Shown one piece after another: positions 38,988 to 49,242 of a stretch of 64,000 bases of DNA; position 1 is the stretch's first letter; each line of letters starts with the position of its first letter. This stretch comes from an uncultured Thermococci archaeon (GTDB taxonomy: Archaea > Methanobacteriota_B > Thermococci > Methanofastidiosales > B48-G16), in contig CAZQQT010000002.1 of NCBI GenBank assembly GCA_964595645.1, positions 64,001-128,000 on the forward strand. Reading direction: 5' to 3'. The notes under the pieces are model-generated. The model was not told where the DNA came from. It saw only the letters and a list, made by a program, of their open reading frames with translations, and ran no database searches. The translations under genes were made by a program, and so were the position numbers.

Positions 38988-39701
38988 ATGGATACAGTAG
39001 TTGGTAGACGAGCCGTGATGGAGGTGCTGCGGGGAGGAAGAAAAGTGACGAAGATCTTCGCTGCTCACCATGCGGATCTTGGACCAATCGTAGAGATAGC
39101 TCGGAAGAAGAAGGTACCACTCGTGCAGGTAGAACGACATGTGCTCGATAGCTACGGGAAGAACCATCAGGGCGTTGTTGCCATTATCTCACCAAAAGAG
39201 TACGCAAAATTTGAGGATCTTACTTTTTTCGATCGTTCTTTCTTCATTGTCTTAGACAGAATAAAGGATCCGCGAAATCTGGGAGCAATCATCCGTTCTT
39301 GCGAATTTTTTGGTGTTGACGCCGTGATTATCCCGGCAAGGCGTTCGGCACCTCTCACCGAGACGGTATGGAAAACATCGGCCGGTGCCTTGGAGCATGT
39401 GGAGGTGGTCCGCGTGACTAACCTCTCAACCACACTAAAACGACTCAAGGAGAATAAGGTGTGGATAATCGGCGCCGATATGAAGGGAACGCCCTGTTTT
39501 GAGAAGAATTTACAGGGACCAGTGGCTCTTGTTCTCGGTGAGGAACACAGCGGTATACGGAAAATACTCCGACAACAGTGCGATCTTCTCGTGAGCATCC
39601 CGGGAAAGGGACGGATTGAGTCCCTGAATGTTTCTACGGCGGCGGGGATCCTCATGTATGAGATCCGTAGACAGCGGGCCCACTCACCGAAAACTATTTA
39701 A
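38988..39701 (+). CDS. rlmB: SpoU-family 23S rRNA 2'-O-methyltransferase, RlmB-like
   Basis: N-terminal substrate-binding domain with NHQGV, DPRNLGAIIRS, SAGA, ESLNVS. Confidence 0.88.
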   Translation: MDTVVGRRAVMEVLRGGRKVTKIFAAHHADLGPIVEIARKKKVPLVQVERHVLDSYGKNHQGVVAIISPKEYAKFEDLTFFDRSFFIVLDRIKDPRNLGAIIRSCEFFGVDAVIIPARRSAPLTETVWKTSAGALEHVEVVRVTNLSTTLKRLKENKVWIIGADMKGTPCFEKNLQGPVALVLGEEHSGIRKILRQQCDLLVSIPGKGRIESLNVSTAAGILMYEIRRQRAHSPKTI

Positions 39702-39788
39702 ATAATAATGGAGAGAAAAATGAGATATCTTCAAAGGTACAAGGAGAAACACGTTAAAAATTTGTTTTTTCCTTTTTTTATATTATTT

Positions 39789-40292
39789 TCAATTTTTTAT
39801 ATGATTTCTTATGTCTATTGACCTACAGAGTATGTCCTGCATGAGATGTTCTATTTCCTTTTTTCTCGATTTGAGACTTTTTATCTTCTTTTTTGCCTTC
39901 TCATTGGCTTTTATATATTCTTCAAAATCTTCATCTTCTTTTTTTCCAATAATCAGTTTGAAAATATCAGAGGCAGTAAAAAACTCTCCAAACTTTCTCC
40001 TTTCAATATCATACCGTAGTTTTTCAAATTCTCTGGTAAATCTATATACTTCATCGTCTATTTTGGACACTATTTTATTGTATTCCTTTTTATTTTTTAC
40101 AAACCGTAGTGACAGTGTCATATCAGGCCTGTAACTACATTCACACTCTTCTAACTCACGTATATTATGTTCAACAGCGGCGCGTATTTTTTTCGTATCT
40201 CCAGCATGTTCAATCTTTTTTCTTCGGAGATAGAGAAAAAGTACTACCACAAAAATAATCCCGATACTCCCGACATATACGTAAAATTCCAT
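39789..40292 (-). CDS. Hypothetical N-terminally anchored coiled-coil protein
   Basis: Single TM followed by charged helical sequence. Confidence 0.6.
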   Translation of the reverse strand: MEFYVYVGSIGIIFVVVLFLYLRRKKIEHAGDTKKIRAAVEHNIRELEECECSYRPDMTLSLRFVKNKKEYNKIVSKIDDEVYRFTREFEKLRYDIERRKFGEFFTASDIFKLIIGKKEDEDFEEYIKANEKAKKKIKSLKSRKKEIEHLMQDILCRSIDIRNHIKN

Positions 40293-40314
40293 ACTATTAT
40301 AGCGTGAGTAGCAA

Positions 40315-40905
40315 TTATAAATCTACCGTTGCGTTTCCCTTCGTGTGTTTTAAAAGATCGGCGACAAAGGCTTTCTTCTCTTCTTTCTTCACGGAAACTT
40401 TGAAAAAGGCACTGTCTCCCATTTTTTCCTCCACGATCGTACAATTATACTTTTCCAGTGTATCACTGACACCACCAAAGAACTCATAGGGCACAGAAAA
40501 TGAGATTTCCTCTTTACAGTATTTTTTGGTAGTACCAGCGGCCGTGATTACCTTCTCTGCAGCTTCTCTGTACGCGCGTATTAGTCCACCGATTCCGAGT
40601 TCTGTTCCACCGAAATAGCGTGTGACAACAATCACCACGTGGTGGAGGTTTTTATTCTCTATCACACTCAAAATAGGTTTCCCAGCTGTATTCAGTGGTT
40701 CACCGTCATCAGAGGAGTTAAACACTTCTTCTATCTTATATACGTATGTATTATGTGTAGCGTCGTGGAATTCTTCTCGTATATCTTTGATAAATGTTTT
40801 TGCATCCTTCTCATCTTCTACACTTCTTGTTGAAGCAATAAACTTCGATTTTTTTATACTGATCGTGGTCCTGGTAGGCGCTTTCACTGTGAGGTAGCTG
40901 TCCAT
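40315..40905 (-). CDS. yigZ: YigZ/IMPACT family protein
   Basis: KKSKF, ATHN, SDDGEP, TAG, RYFGGTELGIGGLIRAY. Confidence 0.93.
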   Translation of the reverse strand: MDSYLTVKAPTRTTISIKKSKFIASTRSVEDEKDAKTFIKDIREEFHDATHNTYVYKIEEVFNSSDDGEPLNTAGKPILSVIENKNLHHVVIVVTRYFGGTELGIGGLIRAYREAAEKVITAAGTTKKYCKEEISFSVPYEFFGGVSDTLEKYNCTIVEEKMGDSAFFKVSVKKEEKKAFVADLLKHTKGNATVDL

Positions 40906-40972
40906 ATCATCAGTTGGAAGAATCGTTTAAATACCCGCAACATTTTTAAACAGTGTAGTTTATAACATAGCT

Positions 40973-41662
40973 ATGTATAAAACTACACAGCACAAGATTG
41001 CCCTCGCCGGGGTCATGGCAGCCTTCGTGGCGGTGGCGGGGTTTTTTCCCGCACTGCCGCTTTTCGGACTGGGCAAAGTTGTGACAGTAGGTGCTCTTGT
41101 CATCCCCCTCGTTGGGGTACTCCTCGGACCGATCGTTGGTGGATACGCCGCGCTTATCGGTGCACTGGTGGGAGAGAGTATCGCGCCCTACGGCGCGGTA
41201 TTTGGATTTCTCACATTCATTCCTCCCACACTCGGTGCGGTGAGCGCTGGACTTCTCTCCCAGAAAAAATGGAAGTACGCGTTCGTCCTTTTGACATCAC
41301 TTATCCTTTTGTGGTACAGTACGGAGGTGGGAAGGCAACTATACTACTTTCCGTACCTCCATGTGGTCGCACTTGCTCTGATCCTTCTTCTGAGGGAAAA
41401 GTTATCTGCACTCAGCAGCCGTCTTTTTCTCAAACTCTTGGTTATCTCGTTCTGTGCAGTGTTAACTGATCATATGGCAGGAAATCTCATATTTTTTATC
41501 GTTGCAAATCCGACAAAGGCAGCCTTTACAGCAGTTTTGATGCAATATTCCATTGAGAGAATAGCGATGGCGATTTTCGCGTCTGTTGTAGGTGTAGGAG
41601 TACTAAAAACACTTCAGGAGGTGAATATATGGACATCCAAAAAATCGGAATTCTCGTGGTAA
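40973..41662 (+). CDS. ECF transporter S-component-like membrane protein
   Basis: IALAGVMAA start, PLVGVLLGP..G motif, about 7 TMs. Confidence 0.7.
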   Translation: MYKTTQHKIALAGVMAAFVAVAGFFPALPLFGLGKVVTVGALVIPLVGVLLGPIVGGYAALIGALVGESIAPYGAVFGFLTFIPPTLGAVSAGLLSQKKWKYAFVLLTSLILLWYSTEVGRQLYYFPYLHVVALALILLLREKLSALSSRLFLKLLVISFCAVLTDHMAGNLIFFIVANPTKAAFTAVLMQYSIERIAMAIFASVVGVGVLKTLQEVNIWTSKKSEFSW

Positions 41663-42093
41663 CGGCAGTTCTCATTGGGGCAGTGGCTTTTGTTGCACTG
41701 AATACCGAAAAACCCGTTCTCACCATTGAATATAATGGGGAGAAGGAAGAGTTCACACTAGACGATCTGAAAGAACTGGAAAAAACGACAATAACAACGT
41801 ACGATCCTCATTTGAAGAAGGAGATACAGTATGAAGGCGTGTCATTGGTCACGATAAAAGAGGTATTACGGACGGAGTGTAGCAGTGTGAAGGTAATTGC
41901 CAAGGACGGCTATAACACAGCAATTGACGCAGAAGACTTTGATATGGGGATTATTATTGCATATAAGGCGGATGGAGAACATATCTCCCAAGGAAAGGGA
42001 GGTCCAATAAAACTCTCTTTTTCGGAAGAAGCTAAGAAAATCTACGATGAGAATAACTGGGTATGGTGGATCACGAGACTCATATTCCAATGA
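41629..42093 (+). CDS. Membrane-anchored molybdopterin-oxidoreductase-like domain protein
   Basis: FTLDDL, YEGVSL, AKDGY, IIAYKADG, GGP, WVWWI. Confidence 0.7.
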   Translation: MDIQKIGILVVTAVLIGAVAFVALNTEKPVLTIEYNGEKEEFTLDDLKELEKTTITTYDPHLKKEIQYEGVSLVTIKEVLRTECSSVKVIAKDGYNTAIDAEDFDMGIIIAYKADGEHISQGKGGPIKLSFSEEAKKIYDENNWVWWITRLIFQ

Positions 42094-42179
42094 ACATTTT
42101 AACTTCAAAGTTGATAAGGATACTACCTGAAATATTCAGTTAAAGAAAGATTTATAAAGTCTTAATATAGAGAGGTATA

Positions 42180-42220
42180 CGAAGGGATGGTTGTCCTCCT
42201 TTTCCATCCCTTTTCTCTTC
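42180..42220 (+). ncRNA. Candidate small hairpin RNA (or hairpin terminator) between convergent genes
   Basis: AAAGA-TTTATAAA (TATA 42151-42158); stem AAGGGATGG/CCATCCCTT with loop TTGTCCTCCTTTT; T-rich 3' end. Confidence 0.4.
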
Positions 42221-43273
42221 TCATTTCATTACGTCGAGTACTGATGCGAGATCGGCGTCAGTCTTTACCCCTGTAGGGGCGAAGTGCGTTCTCGAAGCCT
42301 GAAATCTCATTTCCTTCAGTTCCTTCACCACATTATTGGTCTTTTTCAATGGAAATTTATGTATTTTTGCTAGTTTGTGGAGATCGTAGTAAAAGGGGAC
42401 ATGCACTTCGTTTTTTATCTCTGTGATATTTTTTTGTAGGTCGTCACCCATCTCTTTTCCTATAAGCATTTCTAGGGTTTCATCATTTTTAATCTTGCCA
42501 ACCCATACAGGAAGCGAAAATTCGAGTTTTTTTCCGCATTTTGGACATTTTTCCATCAATTTTTTTGTGAACGTTCTGTATCCGCAGTGGCAGTAGTAGA
42601 CGACCTGTATATTATTTATATTTCCATCCATCTTCCGTAAACTCTTTTCTACGTTCATGAAGACACGCATGTAGTGTTTATAACAGTAAGCGAGCAGTAC
42701 ATCTATTGCGTACTCTTGCTTCATTGCCTCTCGTACGATACTGGAAATAAGGATACGGAGCCCAAGTTCTTTAAAAAAGTCTGTTCGCAAAGGAATGGCA
42801 GCATATTTCCGAATACATGCTTTTTTAGATACACACAAGGCCTGGGTGTCCGTGGCTGTGACACAGAGGATTCCTTCTGCTCTAAGAATTCTGAAGGCAG
42901 CAGCGAGATATCGGGAGGGAGATCCGAAGGGATCGATATCCACAATATCCGCTTCCACATCCAGGAGGTTCACATCTTTATTGTATATTTCTCCGTCCAC
43001 TTCGTTCATTTTGCAGTTTTTTGCGATTAACTTCGTTGCTTCTGGATTAATATCATTGAAAATAGGCTGCAGATTGGACTCTTTCGCGTATCGGATCCCC
43101 CGGATACCCGTGGCGGACAACCCGTCTAACACAATGCCATCAAAAAAAGAAAGGAGCAGTGAGGAAAGATCCCTGTCCATCTCCATCTCCGGATTATAAA
43201 ACACCTCATTCTTAGAGGTGACTTTCTCAAACTCAGGAGCCTCTATCGTGGCTTCCCCTTCTGTAATTATCAT
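42221..43273 (-). CDS. trm1: tRNA (guanine26-N2)-dimethyltransferase
   Basis: VFYNPEM..DRD, LSATGIRGIR, DIDPFGSP, TATD, SRTHF. Confidence 0.95.
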   Translation of the reverse strand: MIITEGEATIEAPEFEKVTSKNEVFYNPEMEMDRDLSSLLLSFFDGIVLDGLSATGIRGIRYAKESNLQPIFNDINPEATKLIAKNCKMNEVDGEIYNKDVNLLDVEADIVDIDPFGSPSRYLAAAFRILRAEGILCVTATDTQALCVSKKACIRKYAAIPLRTDFFKELGLRILISSIVREAMKQEYAIDVLLAYCYKHYMRVFMNVEKSLRKMDGNINNIQVVYYCHCGYRTFTKKLMEKCPKCGKKLEFSLPVWVGKIKNDETLEMLIGKEMGDDLQKNITEIKNEVHVPFYYDLHKLAKIHKFPLKKTNNVVKELKEMRFQASRTHFAPTGVKTDADLASVLDVMK

Positions 43274-43276
43274 GTC

Positions 43277-44239
43277 TTAAACGTCCACTTGTATCCCAAG
43301 TTTTTTCTCTAACTCTTTATACCTGTTCCGTATGGTGACTTCCGTCACCTTGGCAACCTTGGAGATCTCTTTCTGTGTCCTCCTCTCGTTGCACTGGATA
43401 CTCGCGATATACAGGGCGCCAGCGGCAACGCCCATGGGACCACGTCCAGAGGTGAGTCCATTATCCATGGCCTCCTCGAGTATTTCCACAGCCCGTTTCT
43501 GGACTTTACCGGAGACTCCGAGTTCGGATCCGAATCTGGGAATGTAATCCACAGGGTTCGTCGGGCTTAGATTGATATCGAGTTCCTTTGCCAGGAACCG
43601 ATAGCTTCTACCGATATCCTTCTTTTCTACACGGGAATGCTCCGCTATTTCATCCAACGTACGCGGAATTTTCTGTCTTCTGCACACGATATAGAGACAG
43701 GCAGCTGTGACGCTTTCTATCGATCTCCCCCGGATTAGCCCCTCGTTCAATGCTTTTCTATAGACTATCGCAGCATCTTCACGTATATTTTTCTTCAATC
43801 CGAGGTATGATGCCAGTCTGTCCATTTCCGAGAGTGCAAAGGAGAGATTCCTCTCCATGGCATCTGAAACACGTATTCTCCGCTGCCATTTTCTCAGCCT
43901 GTAGATTTGGGCTCTCCGCTTCGGACTCAGATCTCTGCCGTAGATGTCCCTATTCCTCCAGTCTATCATCGTTGAGAGACCTTTATCATGAATGGTGTAA
44001 GTGGTGGGACTGCCTACTCTGCTTTTGCTGTTTCTGTCATCGCTCTCAAACACTCTCCACTCAGGCCCCTGATCGATGATCTCTTCCTGCACAACCAGCC
44101 CGCAGTCTGCACAGATGATCTCCGCTTTATCAAAATCTTTCACCAAACGGGTGGATCCACATTCAGGACATTTTAGGGTTTCTTCCTCTTCTTCCGATTT
44201 CTCCTTCTTTTCCTTCAATTTCTGTTTTTTTTCCACCAT
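43277..44239 (-). CDS. tfb: Transcription initiation factor IIB
   Basis: CPECG...CADCG Zn ribbon, [23 protein letters not shown]. Confidence 0.98.
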   Translation of the reverse strand: MVEKKQKLKEKKEKSEEEEETLKCPECGSTRLVKDFDKAEIICADCGLVVQEEIIDQGPEWRVFESDDRNSKSRVGSPTTYTIHDKGLSTMIDWRNRDIYGRDLSPKRRAQIYRLRKWQRRIRVSDAMERNLSFALSEMDRLASYLGLKKNIREDAAIVYRKALNEGLIRGRSIESVTAACLYIVCRRQKIPRTLDEIAEHSRVEKKDIGRSYRFLAKELDINLSPTNPVDYIPRFGSELGVSGKVQKRAVEILEEAMDNGLTSGRGPMGVAAGALYIASIQCNERRTQKEISKVAKVTEVTIRNRYKELEKKLGIQVDV

Positions 44240-44240
44240 A

Positions 44241-44459
44241 TCACCCTAAAAACATTTCTTTTCCTATAATATTTTCTTTTCCTTTCTTCACAAGGATTTT
44301 TACATACGGGTTATTCACGTTACCAAATATATCGATAACCTTCCCCACCCTCTTCTTCTCTTTATCAACAACGGCACTTCCCAGATGTTTGGGTTTCATC
44401 TGATCGCTCTGTGCGATCACACATTTTCCTCTTCTATGTATGGCTTTACCAATGTACAC
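44241..44459 (-). CDS. gar1: H/ACA RNP protein Gar1
   Basis: [16 protein letters not shown]; known gar1-tfb adjacency in archaea. Confidence 0.85.
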   Translation of the reverse strand: MYIGKAIHRRGKCVIAQSDQMKPKHLGSAVVDKEKKRVGKVIDIFGNVNNPYVKILVKKGKENIIGKEMFLG

Positions 44460-44624
44460 ACGATCACCGAAAGCTTCTTAAAGGATTGGGGAAAAATTTT
44501 TAAGCCTTTCGTTTCCACTTATAAATAGCAGTACCGGGCAATATAAAATTTTTGCACACTTTTTATTCCAAGCCATATATCCTTCTGCCAAAGCTATTTA
44601 AACACCCTCTCCCAACAGAAGCGT

Positions 44625-46970
44625 ATGAAAAAGAGAGCAATAGAGTTGGGTTTGGTAATAGGTATCATGGTTTTAGCAGTTTATGTGCGATCCGAGTACA
44701 TTTTGGACGAAAATGAGGAAAATAAGTATTTACTCGGATACGATCCCTACTTCCACTACAGAGCCGCCGAGAGCATTGTGGAAACCGGGGAGCGCCCAGA
44801 ATGGGACACCTTGGCAAATGCTCCCGAAGGAAAGCCCTTTTCACATCCCCCTCTATTCCACTATGCTCTCGCATATACATATAAGATATTCGATGTGTTC
44901 TCCGACAGATCTTTTTTTGATTTTGCTGTACATTTTAATATTCTCATGATCATTGCCTGTACCGGCATTGCCTTCCTCACTGGAAAGGAACTCACAAATA
45001 GTGTAGGAGGCCTCTTCACAGCATCTCTCTTTGCCGTATCCAATGCTGTAGTGAAACGGAGTATCATCGGATTTACTGATACGGATCTTTTCGTCGTTTT
45101 TTTCTCGTTCCTGATCACATTTTTCTGGCTCAAAGCCATTAATAATAGAGAATTGCAAGATTACCGACTGCTGTCCAGTGGCGTATGTGGATTCTCTATA
45201 TTCCTCTACTACCTTACTTGGCAGGGGTATTTCTACATGCTTTCTCTCGTTCTTGCGGCAACGGTGCTTGTCTGTCTTATCGAGATAGTGAGAACTAGAG
45301 AGATACCTGTGAATGAAGGAGAAATCTTGGGCATGTCTCTTCTCGGATTCTTTGTACCTTACACACTCTACGAGTTAAACTACCTGTCTTTTGGTGTACT
45401 GGCATTTATAACGCTCTTTATCCTACTCTTCGAGTTTAAACTGAGAACAGGCGCAGTAGAGATAGTAAAAAATCTGAACAAGAATTTTGTATATGCACTA
45501 GTTGCTGTAGTCGTTGCTGTCACTTCCTTTTTCATTTACAAGCAGGGAGTACTCGAGATAGTGCTGCCATTCCAACGGTACGGAGCTACTGGGGCAGTGA
45601 AAAGCATTGGTGGTGCGATGTACCCTACGACAGATGCGTCAATACGAGAAATGTACCAAACAGATCTCGGCGTGCTTTACAGTCTTTTCGGCATTACGCT
45701 TCTGCTCGCTCCTCTTGGAATTATTTTCTCTCTGTGGAGGAATAGACGGTATTCTTATGCAGTATATTTCATACTCTTTTTAATAGGAACATACAGCATG
45801 CTCACTAAGGGAGGACGGTTCAGCTTGATCATGGCGGTTCCTATGATCCTCGCTAGTACACTGTTTCTCGGAGACCTCTATGAGATCATCGACGAGAGAG
45901 TATCCCAAAAAAAGGTAGTGAGTGTTGGCATCATTGCAATGATCATTCTCGCTCCTCTCGTACTCGTTCCCTCTTATGTAGAAGCGGATGAGAACAATGC
46001 TGGACAACGTGAGATGACGGAAGGATGGTGGAAGGCGCTGAATTGGATGAGTGGAAACACCCCTGAGGATGCGACGATTATCAGCTGGTGGGACTACGGA
46101 TACTGGATACAAGCCGTTGCAGAGAGGAAGACGACCATGGATGGTGGACACTATGGAATTAGCCATAAACTTGTGAAAACAGGAAAGCTGTACAGCACGA
46201 CCTCTGAAGAAGTAGCAGTGAAAGAGATCTATGGATTTGATCTCAACAGCACGAAGGAGGAAGCATTGGATGACATGGAAAGCCTTCGACAGTGGTCTAA
46301 GGATCCAGAACTGGCTAAAAAAGAGAAATTAAAGGAGATGAAAGGGTACGCAGAGGATAACGCCTACGTGATTGTGGATGAAAAAACGGCATCCATATTT
46401 TCGTGGATAGGGTACTATGGGGCATGGGATCACAACAAAGGTGAAGGCCAAAAAACCCCTATCTATAGATTCTATCTCGCTGGAATGAGAAAACGAACAA
46501 TCAATGATACCGAATGTGTCGAGTATATCTACCAGAGCGGAAATACGAGAATTCATATGCTACAGGACTTCAATAACAACTTCCACGCCTTTTATGCACA
46601 AAATGAGAAGGGTACACTTTTGATGGGCACAGTATTTGAAAACAACGGGAAAAATTACTTGGTAAATAAGGAAGGTGGACTTGGAGTCGCATACCTTTCT
46701 GATCACAGAGAAAATCTCAGGAGTGAGGGGGGAACGGTATACTATAACACACCCACACGGATGTATCTACTCAATCCAGAGATGGTCTCAACCATGTTTT
46801 CACGACTCCTGTGCTTTGATGGTGCGAATCTCTCCCACTTCGAGCTCGTGAAGAGTTTCGATACCGTCAAGATCTACAAGGTTCACAAAGAGCCACAGAA
46901 GAATCTCAACGAGGATCTTACCTACCGAGAGGATGAATTTTTCAAAAATCTGACAGGAAAAGAACAATGA
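44625..46970 (+). CDS. aglB: Oligosaccharyltransferase AglB/STT3
   Basis: YDPYFH, GFTDTD, SIRE, WWDYGYW, DGG motifs. Confidence 0.92.
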   Translation: MKKRAIELGLVIGIMVLAVYVRSEYILDENEENKYLLGYDPYFHYRAAESIVETGERPEWDTLANAPEGKPFSHPPLFHYALAYTYKIFDVFSDRSFFDFAVHFNILMIIACTGIAFLTGKELTNSVGGLFTASLFAVSNAVVKRSIIGFTDTDLFVVFFSFLITFFWLKAINNRELQDYRLLSSGVCGFSIFLYYLTWQGYFYMLSLVLAATVLVCLIEIVRTREIPVNEGEILGMSLLGFFVPYTLYELNYLSFGVLAFITLFILLFEFKLRTGAVEIVKNLNKNFVYALVAVVVAVTSFFIYKQGVLEIVLPFQRYGATGAVKSIGGAMYPTTDASIREMYQTDLGVLYSLFGITLLLAPLGIIFSLWRNRRYSYAVYFILFLIGTYSMLTKGGRFSLIMAVPMILASTLFLGDLYEIIDERVSQKKVVSVGIIAMIILAPLVLVPSYVEADENNAGQREMTEGWWKALNWMSGNTPEDATIISWWDYGYWIQAVAERKTTMDGGHYGISHKLVKTGKLYSTTSEEVAVKEIYGFDLNSTKEEALDDMESLRQWSKDPELAKKEKLKEMKGYAEDNAYVIVDEKTASIFSWIGYYGAWDHNKGEGQKTPIYRFYLAGMRKRTINDTECVEYIYQSGNTRIHMLQDFNNNFHAFYAQNEKGTLLMGTVFENNGKNYLVNKEGGLGVAYLSDHRENLRSEGGTVYYNTPTRMYLLNPEMVSTMFSRLLCFDGANLSHFELVKSFDTVKIYKVHKEPQKNLNEDLTYREDEFFKNLTGKEQ

Positions 46971-47563
46971 TTACCTTAGACCATGTCAACAAAAGATTCA
47001 AGAATTTTTCTTTGTCTGTGTCGCTGAAGATAGAGCGGGGAGAGATCTTCGGCCTTCTTGGGCCGAACGGCTCTGGAAAGACGACACTTCTCAAAATCAT
47101 TGCAGGTTGGTATAAAAGTGAAGGGGTCTCGTTGCAGTCAGAGAACCTGAACTACTCTCCTCAACAAATTCTGCTCTACGACGATCTTACTGTGGAGGAA
47201 AATGTAAATTTTTTTTCTTCGCTCTACAATATACCACCGAATTTGCGCGTTTTAACGACGTTTTCCCTCTATGAAAAGAAAAAAGCACGTGTCAACGATC
47301 TTTCATACGGCATGAAGAGGAAACTCAACCTTTTAGTTTCATTGCTCAACTTTCCCGATATTCTCCTGCTGGACGAACCCACGGAGAACATCGATCTCAC
47401 ATCTAGAAAGGCAATCTGGAGTTTTTTAACGAAAATGAGAGATGAACATGCAACGACAATAGTAGTGGCCACTCACTCTCAAGAAGAGGCGTCACATTGT
47501 GATAGAGTCTGCGTGTTGGAAAACGGGAATGTGGTGGAGGTAAAAGATGCAGGCACTGATTGA
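46967..47563 (+). CDS. ABC transporter ATP-binding protein
   Basis: GPNGSGKTT, LSYGM, LLLDEPT, ATH. Confidence 0.92.
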   Translation: MITLDHVNKRFKNFSLSVSLKIERGEIFGLLGPNGSGKTTLLKIIAGWYKSEGVSLQSENLNYSPQQILLYDDLTVEENVNFFSSLYNIPPNLRVLTTFSLYEKKKARVNDLSYGMKRKLNLLVSLLNFPDILLLDEPTENIDLTSRKAIWSFLTKMRDEHATTIVVATHSQEEASHCDRVCVLENGNVVEVKDAGTD

Positions 47564-48566
47564 GAAGGATTTAAAAAGACTGTTAAAGGGTAAAAAAACC
47601 TACCTTACACTTATTATTATTCCAATTCTTCTGGTGTTTTTTGTAGGACAAACGCTGAGTCTTGAGAATCCCGAGAATCTTCCTGTAGGTGTGGTGGGCA
47701 ACAATGATGAACTGACAGAGTTGATCGATTCCATTGGGATTTTCGATGTACAACGGGTGGAGCGAGAAGAAGGAACACGAAAACTGCTGAATGAGAAGAT
47801 CTGTGCCATCATCGTGCTCCCGGACTCTCCGGGCACTGTGACTATTATCCTCGATAGAGCCCAGTTGATCACCTCGAGTCTCGCGGATCTCGTAGTGGAC
47901 AGTATCAACTACGATCTCGCCTACTTGGACAAACCGTACCACGTGGATAGGGCGTACCGAGGACAGGATGTGACCATGTTCGAGTATATCATGGCCGGAT
48001 TGTTGGTTGTAGTATCGATCTTTATCGGCGTACTCGGAGGAAGTACTGAGCTCGCCAATGAACGAAAGGTGCTTTTCAGGATTTTGTTTTTTAAAAGTTC
48101 TTTTTCTGTGTATCTGGAGAAGATACTCTTTATATTGTTTGTAACACTCTTAGAATGCCTTGTCATGCTCTTAATCGGTGTGGAGTTTTATAATTTTGAG
48201 ATACATAATCTCCTGTTTTTACTCCTGGGGATTATACTCATCACAGTTGGATCTACCGCCTTCGGCATCCTTATATCTCTCTTTTTAAAAGAACGATCGG
48301 CGTATTTTGGCATCCTGACGAGTATTGCCATGATCTTCTTTTCAGGAGTGATATACCCTGTAGTGCTCATGCCTCCTCTACTTCGACAGTTTGCGAGCCT
48401 CACACCGAGCTACTACGCTTCCAAGGTCGTGCGAATGTGTACGATACGGGAAGTGCCGTCGGATATTCTGCATGAGAACATGACGTATCTCGCCCTCTTT
48501 ACCAGTGCGCTTTTTGCGTTCTCAGCTGTATTTTTCATGTGGAGGGCGAAGTCTTTTTCTGAATGA
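47547..48566 (+). CDS. ABC-2 permease with extracellular domain
   Basis: TM1, soluble domain, then 5 TMs; FSGVIYP. Confidence 0.88.
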   Translation: MQALIEKDLKRLLKGKKTYLTLIIIPILLVFFVGQTLSLENPENLPVGVVGNNDELTELIDSIGIFDVQRVEREEGTRKLLNEKICAIIVLPDSPGTVTIILDRAQLITSSLADLVVDSINYDLAYLDKPYHVDRAYRGQDVTMFEYIMAGLLVVVSIFIGVLGGSTELANERKVLFRILFFKSSFSVYLEKILFILFVTLLECLVMLLIGVEFYNFEIHNLLFLLLGIILITVGSTAFGILISLFLKERSAYFGILTSIAMIFFSGVIYPVVLMPPLLRQFASLTPSYYASKVVRMCTIREVPSDILHENMTYLALFTSALFAFSAVFFMWRAKSFSE

Positions 48567-49143
48567 GAGTTATCGCGATGTAGATACAGAGGAACACTAC
48601 AAAAAGTACCACACCGCCCAGTAGGAAAGTGTGGAGCGTGTTTGTGCCGCTGGCTGCTTCAGAAGCAACCCTCGCAGGAGCTGGAGCTTTCTCTGCAGCT
48701 TCATACATTCTTGGGAGGGCTGCTTCCCGCTGGGTTATCCATCCTATTACTGTTGTGATCCCGAGCGCGATGACAAGGGAGAGAGGGGCGACAATCTTGG
48801 TACTCACCGCATTTTTTATCTGCGACATTGTCTCTTCTTTCTGTGCGGGGATAATGAGTATTGCTCGTTTTGCAGGAGCGTAGCATTTCATCTCTCTAAA
48901 TTTTTTACTCATTTTTGTCTCCGCAATTTTAATGAGGTTTAATTCTGTTAATCGCTCTATGTGGAACAGTACTGTGGAGAGGGGAATCTGGAGCTTTTCC
49001 GATATTTCTGAAGCGGTGATTGTATCGGTGTTATATATTTCTTCAAGTATATTCCTTCCTGTATCATTTGCGAGTTCTAACGCCATTTTTTTCGTATCTT
49101 CCTCATTCGTCGTTGACACACGCACAATTTCATCCAGATCCAT
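48535..49143 (-). CDS. ArsR-type wHTH regulator with two C-terminal TM helices
   Basis: ELANDTGRNIL...TASEISEKLQIPLSTVLFHIERL; hydrophobic C-terminal segments; start refined to ATG 49143. Confidence 0.85.
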   Translation of the reverse strand: MDLDEIVRVSTTNEEDTKKMALELANDTGRNILEEIYNTDTITASEISEKLQIPLSTVLFHIERLTELNLIKIAETKMSKKFREMKCYAPAKRAILIIPAQKEETMSQIKNAVSTKIVAPLSLVIALGITTVIGWITQREAALPRMYEAAEKAPAPARVASEAASGTNTLHTFLLGGVVLFVVFLCIYIAITLIQKKTSPST

Positions 49144-49242
49144 ATACACAAGAGTAGCACAATGTTTATAACCTTTTTGTTTCACTTCAAGATTTATTGA
49201 AGTTTAGAAATCTTTTTATTTCTAAGGGGTGATAGTACCTTT

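Noticed and set aside
44460-44624. RNase P RNA next to gar1-tfb
   Set aside because: The gap is short and AT-rich, contains promoter-like motifs, and lacks conserved RNase P P4 sequences
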